Assembly (NCBI GenBank): GCA_030264375.1
Contig: JASCQW010000190.1
Span: 104,154,047 to 104,218,046, forward strand
Reading direction: 5' to 3'
Source of the DNA: Carcharhinus longimanus
Lineage: Eukaryota
DNA: 64,000 nt
The notes under the pieces are model-generated. The model was given only the letters and a program-made list of their open reading frames with translations, was not told where the DNA came from and did no database searches. The stretch's first letter is position 1, and every line of letters starts with the position of its first letter. Both the position numbers and the translations under genes were made by a program. Shown here piece after piece: positions 1 through 13,920 of this stretch.

Positions 1-2794
1 GGTCAGAGAACAACTAGAATATTGGAGCCCCAGTTCTTCAATCCAGGCTTCAGCTGATGGTTGTGTCTCACGGGGAGCACAGGAACATTCTTGTAATGTC
101 AAGAGGCAAAGGAACTGTTCCCTTGATTCTGCCACAGTTGCAATGCAATCCTCACTGCAGCATGTCAGGCAGTGTAGTTGTGATATGCTCACACAATAAA
201 TTAGTCATGCAAGCTAAAACCGCATTGTTGGCTGACATCTGTAGTTGCTGATCATTCAGAGTTTGCAGTTTGAAGGGATACACAAATTGGGATCTGCTCA
301 GACCAAACTATCAGAATAATATTCATCAGTTCCCCAAAGATTTTAGTAGAATCTGCTTCATGTAACTCTCAAGAGGTTTAATTTCACAATGATCACTTGT
401 GAATGCTATTTTTAGTTATCGTCAGTAAGGTTAGAAAACTTAAGAATTACACTTTGACTTTGGAAAATATTGCATTGCATTTGACGAACACTGTTGCAAT
501 GTAGACCTCAAACACACTCTCTCAGGCGTCAACCTAGTTTCCTGACAATGAACTGGTGCAACTTTGCAAGTCTTTGTCATTTCTCTCCTGAACCACTAGA
601 TGGATCCTCCCATGCTAGAAGAAGGAAATTTGACATTCCACTTTATGGTGCAGGGAACAGTGTTTGCTTCCACCTAAATTGCAGCAGAACATTGGGTTCA
701 GGCATTCAGGGATCTTGAGGGAATACTCTGACTACCTGGAATTTTAATGCTGATTTCCAGCCTCCGAGAAGATTGCATACTAGGTGCTACACTCCACTTC
801 ATTGGTATTTACATTAGTTTGCAAATCCTGACATAGGCATAACACAGCAATAAATCTTTTACACCAATGAACTATAAAAGATCAATTGAGGCAATTATTG
901 GGAGGGAAGACTTGCAGCCAATTAATTTTAGTCGTACTGCAAATTTCAAATTGTTACACAGCTCACTTTATTTGAGTTATAAATCACATTCAGAGCGAAC
1001 TAAATTTATACCAGCAGATTGAAAGAGCACTGATAGAAATGAGATGGCAAGACAATGGCAAAAGCTGCCATAAGGAAAAACTTGCATTTATATAGCACCT
1101 TTCATAACTACCAGACATGTCAAAGTGTTTTACAGTCAATTAAGAATATTCAAAATGTAGTTACAGTGTGGTATAAAAAACAGTGGAGTTTGCACACTGC
1201 AAACTCTCACAAACAGCTCGTTTTATATAATATGGCCCCTCAAAAACATTCCCATCTACACTACTAACTTGCTTTCTCAATTACATTCTCCTTAATCCTC
1301 TCTTCCTGCTAACTGACAGCAGCTCTCTTTACTAATTATAAGTTTGAGTTTATTTATTTATTAGTACAAGTAAGGCTTACGTTAACACTGCAATGATGTT
1401 ACTGTAAGTATTGCCCACTTTGTTTCAAAACTGCCCTCAACGGACACTTGCTCAAAAAAATCCCACCATCAGCTTCCCTTTGCTTTCAATGTCCTTGATT
1501 GTGAAGCACACACAATATTCCTTCCACACCTTTTTCCCACTGCTCTTCCCAGTGGGACCGCTCTTGTTTAATCCACTCTTTTGCTCTCTAACCATAACAG
1601 AGCATCTCTAGAAACTGCTTCACTTACTAAACCCATACTGTCACCTCTGCATTTCTCCAGGGATCCATGCTTGACCTCCTCAACATGTACATTTACCAGT
1701 TCTATTTCTTCATCACCTTTCTCAATTTTTCCACAAGTTTGTGTTGTCACAACTATTGGTCCAGAATGTAATCTTGTATGAGACCTAATTTCACCCATCT
1801 AAACACTGAGTAGACCAAAGCCATTTGATCCTCAGCACTAACTCTGTCGTCTCACCAACTTCAGTGTAATATGACACTGCCTTGGGCAGATGAACCAAAC
1901 CATGTGCAATCTTAGCCCCTGTCTGAATTCAACTAAATGTCCAAACCCACATTTTCTCTATCACAAAGAAAGGTAGCGTCCACATCAGTAGTACTATTTG
2001 CTTTTATCCCAATGTGAGATGTGGAAAACTTCATTCTTGTCTTTTTTTATCTCCAGTGACCTCCTACAGGTCTGTAATGGATATTCTCTTGGGAGCTGTA
2101 GCGGCAGTCACTGCTGTAACTCACATGAGCATCTGAAATTCAGAAGTCGAGCTGTCCTATCCAATTCTCTTCCCATACCTAGTGGTGCACTAAGGCTGAT
2201 TTTTGTCTGTTTTCATAGCTAGTTATTCCTAGAACAGTTTGCTAGTCTGTTGCCAGGGGTTTATAGCTTCAGGAGTGCCACTCCCGATCAAGCGTGGCTG
2301 ACCAGGAGTCTCTCCCACTCTTCCTGCTCTTACACTCAACCTGTCTGGCCGCATTGTGAACGCATCTTCTTGGCCATCAAGTCCTGGAGAGGGACTTGAA
2401 GCTTCTGGTTCAGAGGCAGGGACGTTATCCACTAGGCCACAAGACTTCCTAGTATACCTGTACTGCACAAAATACAATCTTATAATAATGTTATCACAAG
2501 CATACCCTGTGTAATCTGAACTGAAAATGTGTTTTTCTATGTTCCATTACATATACTTTTTCAAACTTTCTGACAGCGAAACACGACTATTTTTATGTTA
2601 TAGGTAGTCAGCAGAGGTGTAATTTGTTACAGGTAGCCAGTAGAAGGTGTGATCAATCACCCACAGAATCTTCCTCAGCAACATATGAAATTAACAAATA
2701 TGGAAGGTAAGTACATTAACATTCAATGTAGGCATGGTCAATGTAGCATCTGAGGTTGTTTTTGATGACTTGTAGTCAAGTTTTGATGATCTAT

Positions 2795-3440
2795 AGTCAA
2801 GAAGGCATTTGGCATGCCTGCCCTCATTGACTCGGGCATTGAGTTTAAAAATTGACAAGTCATGTTGCAGCTTTATAGAACCTTAGTAAGGTCGCACTTG
2901 GAATATCGTGTTCAATTCTGGTTGCCACACTACCAGAAGGATGTGGNNNNNNNNNNNNNNNNNNNNNNNNNNNNNNNNNNNNNNNNNNNNNNNNNNNNNN
3001 NNNNNNNNNNNNNNNNNNNNNNNNNNNNNNNNNNNNNNNNNNNNNNNNNNNNNNNNNNNNNNNNNNNNNNNNNNNNNNNNNNNNNNNNNNNNNNNNNNNN
3101 NNNNNNNNNNNNNNNNNNNNNNNNNNNNNNNNNNNNNNNNNNNNNNNNNNNNNNNNNNNNNNNNNNNNNNNNNNNNNNNNNNNNNNNNNNNNNNNNNNNN
3201 NNNNNNNNNNNNNNNNNNNNNNNNNNNNNNNNNNNNNNNNNNNNNNNNNNNNNNNNNNNNNNNNNNNNNNNNNNNNNNNNNNNNNNNNNNNNNNNNNNNN
3301 NNNNNNNNNNNNNNNNNNNNNNNNNNNNNNNNNNNNNNNNNNNNNNNNNNNNNNNNNTTAGTTCAGTCAGGCAGCATGGTCGGTGCAGGCTTGGAGGGCC
3401 AAAGGGCCTGTTCCTGTGCTGTAATTTTCTTTGTCCTTTG
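2795..3440 (+). mobile_element. CR1 LINE 3' fragment spanning a gap
   Basis: MLQLYRTLVRSHLEYRVQFWLPHYQKDV is CR1 ORF2 C-terminus; the 3' tail gggccaaagggcctgttcctgtgctgtaa follows the gap. Confidence 0.85.
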
Positions 3441-4805
3441 ACCTGAAAGAGATCAGTGACGGTTTTACTTTCCCCAGCATTTTTATTTGTCACCCCCATG
3501 TGATGACATCACTCCCATGCAATGACATGGCTGTTGACTTAGTAATTGTTTGATCATGAATCACTAGGCATCGTAGTATGGATGGAGCAGACTAGGTGGA
3601 CCAAGCTGGTCTTCTATCCATGCGGTTAATGCCTATTGGTCAGCCACTTGGTCCTGATTTTGGGCTTAAGCTAATGAATATCTCCTCACTAAAATAGATT
3701 GCTCTCTCCTGGCCAGGTTAACTGATTGTCCTTATGTCCTTTTCTTTCTCTTTGCCTGTGGAAAGAAGAGAAGGAGGATGCCAAAGTTGGATTGTTGGGG
3801 AGCTTTGGAACTAATGGTGTGATTTAGAGAGTGTAATTATTGGTAGAGATTCTAGATTAGATAAGTAAAAGTGGAACCAAACAAGGGCAGTCTCACAGAT
3901 CTGGGCAATGGAGATTAGAGAATGGGAAAGGATTGTGTGATCAACTGTGAATTCAGGCTTCAGCTAGCTTGAGGAACATATTGACAAATAATGTACCATA
4001 GGCAGAATGTAAATTAGATATTCTTTAGGGTCATTTCAGAATTTAGTACACAGTGGTCTGCTAATGCAACCAGTGCAGATCAACAATAAAGTTAGAACTG
4101 CAACAGAGGGTGGAGAAACATGGAATGAGACCCAGAGTCCATGAACAGCATAGATGGAGCCAAATGTAGCTGAAAGGTAAATCCAAGGTATGAGGCTCGA
4201 GGAACAGCTGAAGAGTGGAGAGATACTTTCAAAGTTTAGGGCAGTTACTCAATGAATCAATCTGTCCTGGGTTTACAAACATGGTGGAAAAGTTCTGAAA
4301 TTGAACAGCACACTCAGTGGCTAAGGAAATGTGCATACAGCAGCAGAGAACAGGTCATTATGTAGCAGGAGAGCAGGATCCAGAGAAGAGGGGGAGTTAA
4401 CAGGAGTAGATCAGAGCCCATCAAATTATTTTCCCCCGCTCAACGAAATAAACTTTCCTGCTTTTCTGAGGCAGAGTGAATTATTTTTTGATCAGCACCG
4501 TCACTGTAATTCCTGCCCAGTGAATTATAGGATCAAGAGCTCATATGTTGCTTGTTTGGGTGCTTAGCTATGATTACTGAAGCTTTGTGCAGATTGGGTT
4601 TCAACCATGTGCCATCAAACTGCAGTTTGCTGTGTTCACAGTTTATCTGCTGCCCACTATCCAACTTTCCTTCATGTTCCCAGCTCACCCAACTAGCTGT
4701 TTTAGAATACATGGAGTTAGACAGCAGCTGGTTAACATGAAATTTAGGGCGAAGGTGGGAGGGGGGAGGAGCTTGATGGATTTTAAAATTACAATAGAAA
4801 AAATC

Positions 4806-5733
4806 CATAACACCATCAGATATAGGAGCAGAATTAGGTCATTCGGCCCATCGAGTCTGCTCTGCCACTCAATCATGGCTGATATGATTCTCATCCCCAT
4901 TCTCCTCAGAACCATTGATCCCCTTATTGATCAGGAACTTATCTATCTCTGTCTTAAAGACACTCAAAGACCTGGCCTCCACAGCTCTTTGTGGTATTAG
5001 GTTCCACTGATTCACAACCCTCTGGCTGAAGAAATGCCTCCTCATCTCAGTTTTAAAGGAGTGTCCCTTCATTCTGAGGTTGTGTCTCTCCCAGGTCCAC
5101 TCTATCTAGGCCTCTGAATATTCTGTAAGTTTCAATCTTTCTAAACTGCACCGAGTATAGGCCAGACTCCTCAACTGTTTGTCATATGACAAATCCTTCA
5201 TTCCTGGGATCATTCTCGTGAACCTCCTCTGGATCCCTTCCAAGACCAGCCTTCCTTAGCTATGGGGTACAAAACTGCTCACAATACTCCAAATGGGGTC
5301 TGACCAGAGCCTTCTACAGCCTCAGCAGTAAATCCCTGATCTTGTATTCTAACCCTCTAAAAATGAATGCTAACATTGAATTTGCCTTCCTAAATACCAA
5401 TTGAATTTGTATGTTAACCTTAAAGAAAGTTCTGAACCAGGACTCCCAAGTCCCTTTGTGCATCAGATTTCCAAAGCCCTTCCCCATTTAGAAAATAGTC
5501 TATGTCTCTATTCTTCCTACTAAAGTGCATAACCTCACATGTTCCCACATTGTATTCCATTAGCTACTTCTTTGCCCACTCTTCTAGCCTGTCCAAGTCA
5601 TTCTGCAGCCTCCTCATTTCCTCAACACTACCTGTCCTTCTACACATCTTCGTATCACCTGCAAATTTAGCAACAATGCCCTCCATTCCATCTTCCAGAT
5701 CTTTAATGTATATAGTGAAAAGTTGTGGTCCCA
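4806..5733 (-). mobile_element. CR1 LINE, 5'-truncated, decayed
   Basis: Minus-strand FKTEMRRHFFSQRVVNQWN..EIDKFLINKGI; CR1 3' hairpin/tail gatgggccgaatgacctaattctgctcc. Confidence 0.9.
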
Positions 5734-5890
5734 TCCAATGTTTTTACAATTATTAAATTAAAAATGAGGTCTGATTTTCCAGTGAACAGAAAAGATGATT
5801 GTCAGTTTCAATTGCTTTGTTGTTGTTTCTAGTTTGCTGTGAAATCCACCCACTCCTTTTCAAATATAACTTGGATTATTAGATTTGCAC

Positions 5891-6163
5891 AGGAGCACAG
5901 TGGTTAGCACTGCTGCTTCACAGCGCCAGGGACCAGGGTTCAATTCTGGCTTGGGTCTGTGTACATTCTCCCCGTGTTTGCGTGGGTTTCCTCCAGGTGG
6001 TCCAGTTTCCTTCCACAAGTCCAAAAGATTTGCTGATTAGATGCATTTGCAGTGCTAAATTCACCATCAGTGCACCCGAACCGGTGCCGGAGTGAGGATT
6101 TTTACAGTACCTTCATTACAGTGTTAATCTAAGCCTACTTGTGATGTTAAAAATAAAAAAAAA
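5891..6163 (+). mobile_element. V-SINE (HE1-like), tail type B
   Basis: tRNA-like head cagtggttagcactgctgc..gggttcaattc, V-domain gcgtgggtttcctcc, tail cagtaccttcattacagtgttaatctaagcctacttgtg. Confidence 0.9.
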
Positions 6164-9019
6164 GATTTGACTAGACAAAATATTAACTAACATTTTTGCA
6201 ACTGGTTCATATGTAAACCAGTGCTGAGTCTGAGTGCAGTGGGATGCATCGTACTGAGTATCCCATCCTCTGAAACATAAAACACTATCTTACAGACTGG
6301 CTTTGATGCATACCACAGCCTTTCACTTTTATTCTGCCTTCAAATTGTGAGGATCATTTTTATAATGTATATCACAACACATTTGCACCGATAACAGTAT
6401 AAAAAAGGCATGCCTTCTTTTATTTTGACAACCTGTCATTTTGTGTCACCAGATTTTGTGATGTGTGACATTCAGAAAGGTCATATTGCTCGTTACAATT
6501 GTCTGCATGCTCGTGAGAAAACTGGCAGACCCGTAAGATCCTTGTCCGTTCCATCCCCTCATTAAGGGCATATTGTTTAATATTGAGCACGTAATTTAGG
6601 AACATTAGCACAGATCCTACTAAATAGAGCTACCCTGTCAGACGCGGCTGAACTGCGAAGCTGCAGTTTAGTAAGGTTATAAAAAAAGAGCAGCTCCCCA
6701 GTTGAAAGAGCAGAAGACTAGACAAAAACAAACATCTAAACGTACTTGCCAAATGAGGAAGCAAAACAACTATATCCTTAGAAACGCTTCTCTCTTCGTA
6801 TAAATTTTCTTTCAAAATAATTAAATAAATGTCTCCTGCTGGCTTCATTGACTCAGATTCCTTTTTTAATCTAGTGTTTGAAAATGAGCTCACATTGGAG
6901 CTTTTCGATACTGCTGCTCTGGGCTGCATATGGCTTTTTCAGCATCTGCACTGCAACAGATAACAGCTTGAGCACAAACTGCACTTTAAAAAAAACGAAG
7001 CTGGAAATTGACACAAGTTTGATTGAATACTGTAAATTATATATATGCCTCCCAAAAAAAAGTGAGTTTTTTTTAACTCTTAGAGAATCGATTCAGTTGC
7101 AGCTTGTTCAAGCTAGATTGCAGTCATTGTACTGAGGATGAAACCAGCTTAAATTATAATAGCACGTGTGACTTCAAGAGAGGTTAGGGTAAGACTCTGC
7201 TCAACATCACCATAATTCTGAGAATTAAACCAAACCCACGTGTCCTGGCAAATTTGGACAATAGAATGAACCTCCGAAATACTAAAGCAAAAAAGCCCTA
7301 CTACACCCATCAAATGTTGGGATCCTAGAAAGATAGCCACATTGTATTGTATTTTGAAGTTGGAATCAAGTCAAAATTGTGCACATAAATCTTCATGGTC
7401 TGCCTACGATGGGTTGTCAATTGTACAATTCACGATTCCAATGTCACTTCACATAGATGGCTGAGTGATTGCCATTCTTGTGGATCATTCTCCACAACTG
7501 ACAGCCAACATCACAGGGCTAGTGGAAGCAGAGAAAACAGGAATTATTTCCACCTTAAACCAATCTTTGCCTGAACTCGATTTTGAAATTCAAAACAGCC
7601 TGGAATACCATAATGTTCTTTTCTTCTCCAAGAGTCCCATTATTTTTTGAGTTGTTTATTCCACAATTGAGATTGTGCATGACTTTGTCTTCTTCTGTTG
7701 CTTGTGTTAAATATGTACAGCATGTAGGCTATTGGGTATTTGGTTTATTTGAATGTCAAAGCACAGAACCACAATGTATACCGCATAGATCAATAACAAA
7801 GAAATTAACATTTTTCATCATCTCTGTCAGGCTGTGAATGAGAAGACTAAAGGAACATTATCCAATTTTGATTCCTTCAATACTTTGCAATTCTGTTTGC
7901 TGCGAACTGAGCAGGCTGACGGCCAACTTGCCCTTATATCTCAAAACATAGTTTGAGGCATATTTTGTCATATTGTTTTTGTCGCGAGTGTAAAAAAATT
8001 ACTTTTACTGCGTGGAACAAAAATAATGAGCTTAAAAGGATAGGTTCGAAATGCAGAACAACAGCACTAAATCTGATTATAACATCAACAGGTCTATTGT
8101 ACAGGTCTTATATCATTAAACATAATTTGATGGCACTTGATAAGCTGTTGATCTACCATGAGTTCAGCCAACTTATTCAGGCAATTGGCAGGTAATACTA
8201 TTCAGAGTTTAACTCCAGCAATGACTATAATCAGAGTTGAACATTATGGTCAGCAATGTTAGTAGGTGAACAGAAGATGACACTTCCACTGTAACAATAC
8301 TGTTTCACTTATTTTGGAGGTATTAACTCATTTATCCTTAACAACTCCAGAAATGTCAGCAGAATGTGAAAAACATTTCACTGGTGATATCATTAACAGT
8401 AATTCTAGCCTTTTATATTCCCTTGACTTGTGCAAGAATGCTAGGAAACATTAAATCACAGGGCTGTTAAACTATGGATCCATCTGCTGTTTGAATAATC
8501 ATTAAGGATCCATGGCATTATTCAAATAAGAAGCAGGCAGGCACTGTCTTCTCCTGCATGCACTGCAAAAATAAATTCACAACCTAATTTCTCATTCATT
8601 TTGGTGCTGGGGGTGGGATCTTGCTGTGCTGAAAAGTGTGGTGGTTTTTGTTTGCATATTTACAGTAACAATGCTTCAAAGCAGTTCACTGTGAATGCCT
8701 TTTGGGACTCTTCTAATAGACAGGATAGGGAGTGTTTAAATGCAGTATTATCTTTCATTATAATTATTTAACAGATTGAACAGTTTCAGCAAACCAGCAG
8801 AAAAGGCATCTTTATTCTCGAATGACTTTATCAACAGGACTGGTTCCTGAATCTTTTCACATGTGAAAGGAACAGGGATAGTGAAACAGTTTCATTGCAG
8901 TATTGTTGTGACCACTACTCAGGAAGGACCACAATCACACCGATGTCCAAATGAACTGTCTCTGTAAACATGAAGGCAAGTTGAGTTAATTTAAATGTCA
9001 TTGCTACTTTTCCATTATA

Positions 9020-11287
9020 TGTCATATTTTTATCATAACTTAAAGGGACTAATCTCTCATCAGGATTGTGTAAACATGCCTTGGATTCAGTAATGTGAAC
9101 ACATATACATAGATATAAAATTTGAACACACTGGTTGTGTGTGCTGTGCTCCGCTCACAGGCCAAAGTGAAACTGAAAGTGGAACACAAGGCACACTTTC
9201 CTTCCAGTGATGTCATGCTGCTNNNNNNNNNNGCTGCTCTCCTTTAACGGCACATTACAACCCCCACTTTCTGTCTAAAGATATTCCCCCACACACACAT
9301 CTTCCAAAGAAATATAACTATCTTCAATACATCTTCATGTTTAGTTACCATTATCTAAATGCGTAGAACAGATGAATATAAGAGCCTCTAAAGCACAGAG
9401 GCAATCTGCTAAGATAATGGTAACCTTATCTGGAGTTTTCTTTTTAATTGTTCATAGTGATCCGCGAGGCTGTCATTCTTGTGTGTTGTTTCTGGTTGAA
9501 TTTGTGATGTACTCCTGGATGTAATGGGATTGCATGGTGGTCAAGGAGCTGAAATGGGTCTGATCTGCTGGGTTGTGTCTCTCCTTGTGCTTCTGTGTCT
9601 AATAACCTGATAGGAACTTGGTTTCAAACAAATACTTGTCATCTTGGCTAGCTGTCATGTGCCTTCTGTGGGATCCTGGATGTGAACATATTGTAAGCTG
9701 TAATATTTGCAATTCTGCACTTACATTTTTATTGTACACATTGGTCACCTTCTCTTGCTGTGTTAAGAATTGGTTTCTAATTTCTGAGAGGGTAAAATGG
9801 GAAACAGTATGTAGATTGGTACACATTGGTCTGCCAAACATGAGATCTGCCAGTGATGGAAAAGCTGCACTCAGAGGTGTTGCTCTCAGATGTAACATAG
9901 CAATGTGCAGATCTTGCTTTGTTTGTCTACATTTGCACTATGTGAATCGTTGGTTCAGCTGGACCATTAAATCTAAGGTAACGAGGAGCAGAAGTAATGT
10001 GATTGATATTTTCACACACACACTGGATTTTGGCAAACACCACCGACGGTGTGATAGCATAGAACATGTATTCACCACACTTTGGAGGGAACCTTAACAA
10101 AAAATGGCAGAGTGTTGTTTCCAGTGAGAAAACCGGCATGTTTTTCTTCAGAGAAGAATCTGTTTTCTCGCCAGATCTTACGACAATCTGCCTAAAAAAA
10201 CCAAGGGGCCTGTTTCACACGGTTGAGGCTGGGCCTCAACATACTGGCAAAACTCGGCTGCACCGAGATGTTTAAAAGACAGCCCAATCATAACAGGAAT
10301 AAACCTCTCCCCTCCCCACCCCCCCAGCCGACCACTGAGATCTCAGGGGTTCCCTCCTCCAGCCCTGATGGAAGCACTTCTCTCTCCCTTCACCGGCCCC
10401 TTCTCGTCTTTCCCTGATCATTGGCCCCTCCCCCCCAAATCATTGACTCCTTCTCATTGTCAGGTTGGCACAAGCATATGCAAAGGGGGAGTGCCAGGAG
10501 GCATTGCTATACCAATGCCTGGCCAAGCCCTGGGAGCTATACTCTTCTTTACACCCTCGGGAGACTCCCACAACAGATTCCAGATGAACCTGTTGTAAAT
10601 GATGCTGGTGCGATGGATATCCCGTGAGGCAAGATGTCCTGGACAGAGTGCTCACTCATGACATGCTAATGTATTTATTTTAGCTTCCTCAGCTTCTATG
10701 ATATGTTTCATACTTCTCTGCTGGAATGGGAGCTGAAGATCAGAACTCAGAAATTCGGTGGCGTGAATTGTGCACTCTAAGATTTTGAGCATGCACCATG
10801 ATTCCAGGGAATGGACAGCATGGGCTCATAATCACCCCTTTGTTTTGTGATGCATATCATTGTCATTATGTATATGTTCCTGATGGGATGATGGATGGTC
10901 TGTCTTATTGCTTGAATGTATGCAATATGTACAGTCTGAATCAGTTCAGGTCTGTTTGTAACTGCACAGCCTTTGCTATACTGAATTGCCACTGCACCAT
11001 GTCGTACCTGCACTTAATCCTGCTGCCACTCTGATCACTGCTGGGCACCATGCTGTGTTTCTATATTGATGTAAAGGCACCACTCACTTATTGGTTAAAC
11101 ATGTTGTTGACTCATTTATTTGAAGTGGATAAATGAGAACATACATGCATAGAAAGTTTGAAGACATAAGCTGCAAAGCTGTGTGCCTTGCATTGTGCTC
11201 AAAGGCCAAAGTGAAACTGATACTGGATTACACAACACACTTCCCTTCTAGTGATGGCATGCTGACATTCCTTACGTTCACATTACA
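9020..11287 (-). mobile_element. Internally deleted Ty3/Gypsy LTR retrotransposon relic with both LTRs
   Basis: Diverged direct repeats ~9020-9259 and ~11051-11287 share ggccaaagtgaaactga, agtgatg.catgctg and cacattaca, and read TG...CA on the minus strand. PPT at 9260-9272 and PBS-like TGGTGCCCAGCAGTG at 11050-11036. Integrase remnants INHITSAPRYLRFNGPAE and LHLRATPLSAAFPSLADLMFGRP at 9800-10020. Confidence 0.8.
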
Positions 11288-11297
11288 ATAGTATATC

Positions 11298-11650
11298 AGA
11301 ACATACGAATAGGAGTAGGCCATTCAACCCATAGAGCCTATTCTGGCATCCAGTTAGATCTTGGCTGATCTATATTTTGACTGCATTTATCCATCTTGAT
11401 TTCATGTATCTTGGTGACTATGGCTAACAAAAATTTATCAATCTCAGTTTTGAAATCTACCCTTAACGTAACTGTTTTCTAGAACATAGAAAAACTACAG
11501 CACAAACAGGCCCTTCGGCCCACAAGTTGCACCCAACATTCCAAATGTTCATGACTTTTAGTGTAGAGAGATGTTCCTATCTTCCCCCTTGAACAGACTA
11601 GCTCTAATTTTATGGTGGTGTTCTTTAATCTCGGCCTCCCCCACCAGAGG
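11298..11650 (-). mobile_element. Two short CR1 3'-end fragments
   Basis: agaacatacgaataggagtaggccattcaaccc and tagaacatagaaaaactacagcacaaacaggcccttcggccc are reverse-complemented CR1 termini. Confidence 0.7.
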
Positions 11651-11993
11651 AGCGATACAGTGGCACTGTGATTAACACTCCTGGTCCACAGCTCCAGCAA
11701 CCTGGGTTTAGTCCTGTCTTTGGGTGACTGTGCAGAGTTTACACGTTCACCCGATGTCTGTGTGGGTTTCCTCTGGGTGCTCTGGTTTCTTCCCATAAGC
11801 CAGGTTAGGTGGATTATCCATGCTAAATTGCCCCTTAGTGCCCCAAGATGTGTAAATTAGCCGTGTTAAATGTATAGGGTTACGGGCTTGAGGTGGAGGT
11901 GAAGGCCTGGGTAAGATACTCTGTCAGAAACTCGGTGCAGACTCAATGGACCAAATGGCCTCCTTCTACACTGTAGGGTTCTATTATTTCTAT
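11651..11993 (+). mobile_element. V-SINE (HE1-like), CR1-type tail A
   Basis: V-domain plus tail atggaccaaatggcctccttctacactgtagggttctat. Confidence 0.85.
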
Positions 11994-12929
11994 CTACCCT
12001 CAAAGCCTTGGTAAATCATTTCTTCAATCAAGACTTCAACTGTATCAACCATTAATCTTCTATCCTCAAAGCATAACAAACCTCGCACCTATGTAACATC
12101 GCCTCATGACTTAACCCTGTTAGTCTCAGTGTTATTCTAGGGCATCTGCATGGCAACCAATCCTATTGGGAATTATGCATCTCCTGAGCCGGCTGGCCAA
12201 TATATCAAGAGGAAACTGCAAGTGAAAGGTTGTTGGCTGCCCCCTTCCTTGGCCACCATTTTCCTTCTCAAATCCATTTGGAGACATACAATTGTATTCA
12301 AAATCTGGCCACCGATGTTTACAAATCGTGCTTGTCCCCCAAACAACCAGGAAAACAATATAAATTGTCCATTTTACATCCAACAGACACTGAACTGAGC
12401 ATTTGCAGTGCTGTTCAGAAGCTCCAGCTGTATTATGGTAATGACTGCTAATTTAAATAGAGCTCATGGCTTAATGAGCCTTGCGCACATTCAGCATGAA
12501 GACTCCTAGTGTTAAGTACTTTATGCCTGCAATTGGAGAGAATTGAGTATGTGGGCATAAACCCGCCTCAGGCCTCCATGGCCAATAATATGGAGCCCTC
12601 ATGCCAGCAGCACTGCAGCAAACGCATTAGTGGTCCTAATGTTTAATAAAATGGTTCTCATCATAATGAAATGGTGTAAGACACTTCTTCTCTGTAAATC
12701 GTTTTATGAAGTTGGCTGTAAGCCAAAGATCTGGGATACATGTTTTAAAGTTATATCATTATGAAACTTTCTCCAAGGTGCTGCTCAGCGGATCTATCAA
12801 GGAAAGCGCCAAGAAGAAATTAATGATCTCAAAGGCACATTTTCATCCCGAGGGTGTTTCGAAATTTGTGCAGTTAAGACTTGCAATTAGCAGAAAACAT
12901 AATGATCGAAAAAATTACTCTCAGCGTAT

Positions 12930-13920
12930 GATCTTACGGGCTGGATTTTCACTGAGTCTATTTACAATATATATTAACGGTTTGCAGGAGAGAAGTTTGG
13001 AGGAGTTTGCAGGTGACACAAAAATAGGTGGGAAGGCAAGTGGTGAGAGTGACAAGTCAACAGAGACATGGATAGGTTAAGTGAGTGGGCAAAAAATTTG
13101 GAAGATAGAATATAACGTAGGAAAATATGAAGTTATGTACTTTGTTTGGAAGAAAAATGGAGCCAAATAGTATTGAAATGGAGGAACACTGCAGGAAGCT
13201 GCAGCACAGAGGGATTTGGGGATCTTTGTGCATGAATCACCAAAAGCTAGTATGCAACTTCAGCAGGTAATAGGAAATGCAAATGGAATATTGTTATTTA
13301 TTTCAAAAGTAATGAAGTATAAAAATAGGGAATATTTTTATAATATTAATAATATATGAAGTACAACTTAGACCACACCTGGAACAGTGTAACAGTTTTG
13401 GTCGTATCTAACTGGAGGCAGTGCAGAGAAGATTAACTAGGGTTTATCCTGGATAGTGGGAGGAGTGGGGTCGGAGGGGGGGGTTACTATGTAAAGGTCC
13501 ATTGAAATCGGGTGGTAATCTCTGGTTTTCAGGTGAGCACAGCTAAAGAATCCTACCCACAGCATTCTCAGGGGGCTAGACAGGGTAGATGCTGAGAGGT
13601 TCACTTCCCTTGTGAGAGTGTCTAGAACCAGAGGGCATAATCTCAGATGAAGGGGTTGCCCATGAAATGAGGAGAAATTTCTTCTCTCAGAAGATAATGA
13701 AATTGTGGAAGTCTTTACTGCAGAGGGCTGTAGAGTCTGCGTCTCTAAGTGGGCTGACATAGACAAATTTTTAATCAGTAAGAGGATCAAGGGTAATAGG
13801 GATTAGGTAGGAGAGTAGAGTTCTGGATTATCATATCAGATCAGTCATGATCTCACTGAATGCCGGAGAAGATTGATGGGCCAAATAGCCTACTTCTGCT
13901 TCTATGTCTCATGGTCTTAT
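12930..13920 (+). mobile_element. CR1 LINE, decayed RT C-terminal part and 3' end
   Basis: LFTIYIN..FAGDTKIGG RT motif, then typical CR1 3' sequence ending gatgggccaaatagcctacttctgcttctatgtc. Confidence 0.9.

Noticed and set aside
2862-3499. Long ORFs spanning N runs (also 60720-61622, 50281-50740 and others)
   Set aside because: Their length is created by assembly gaps.
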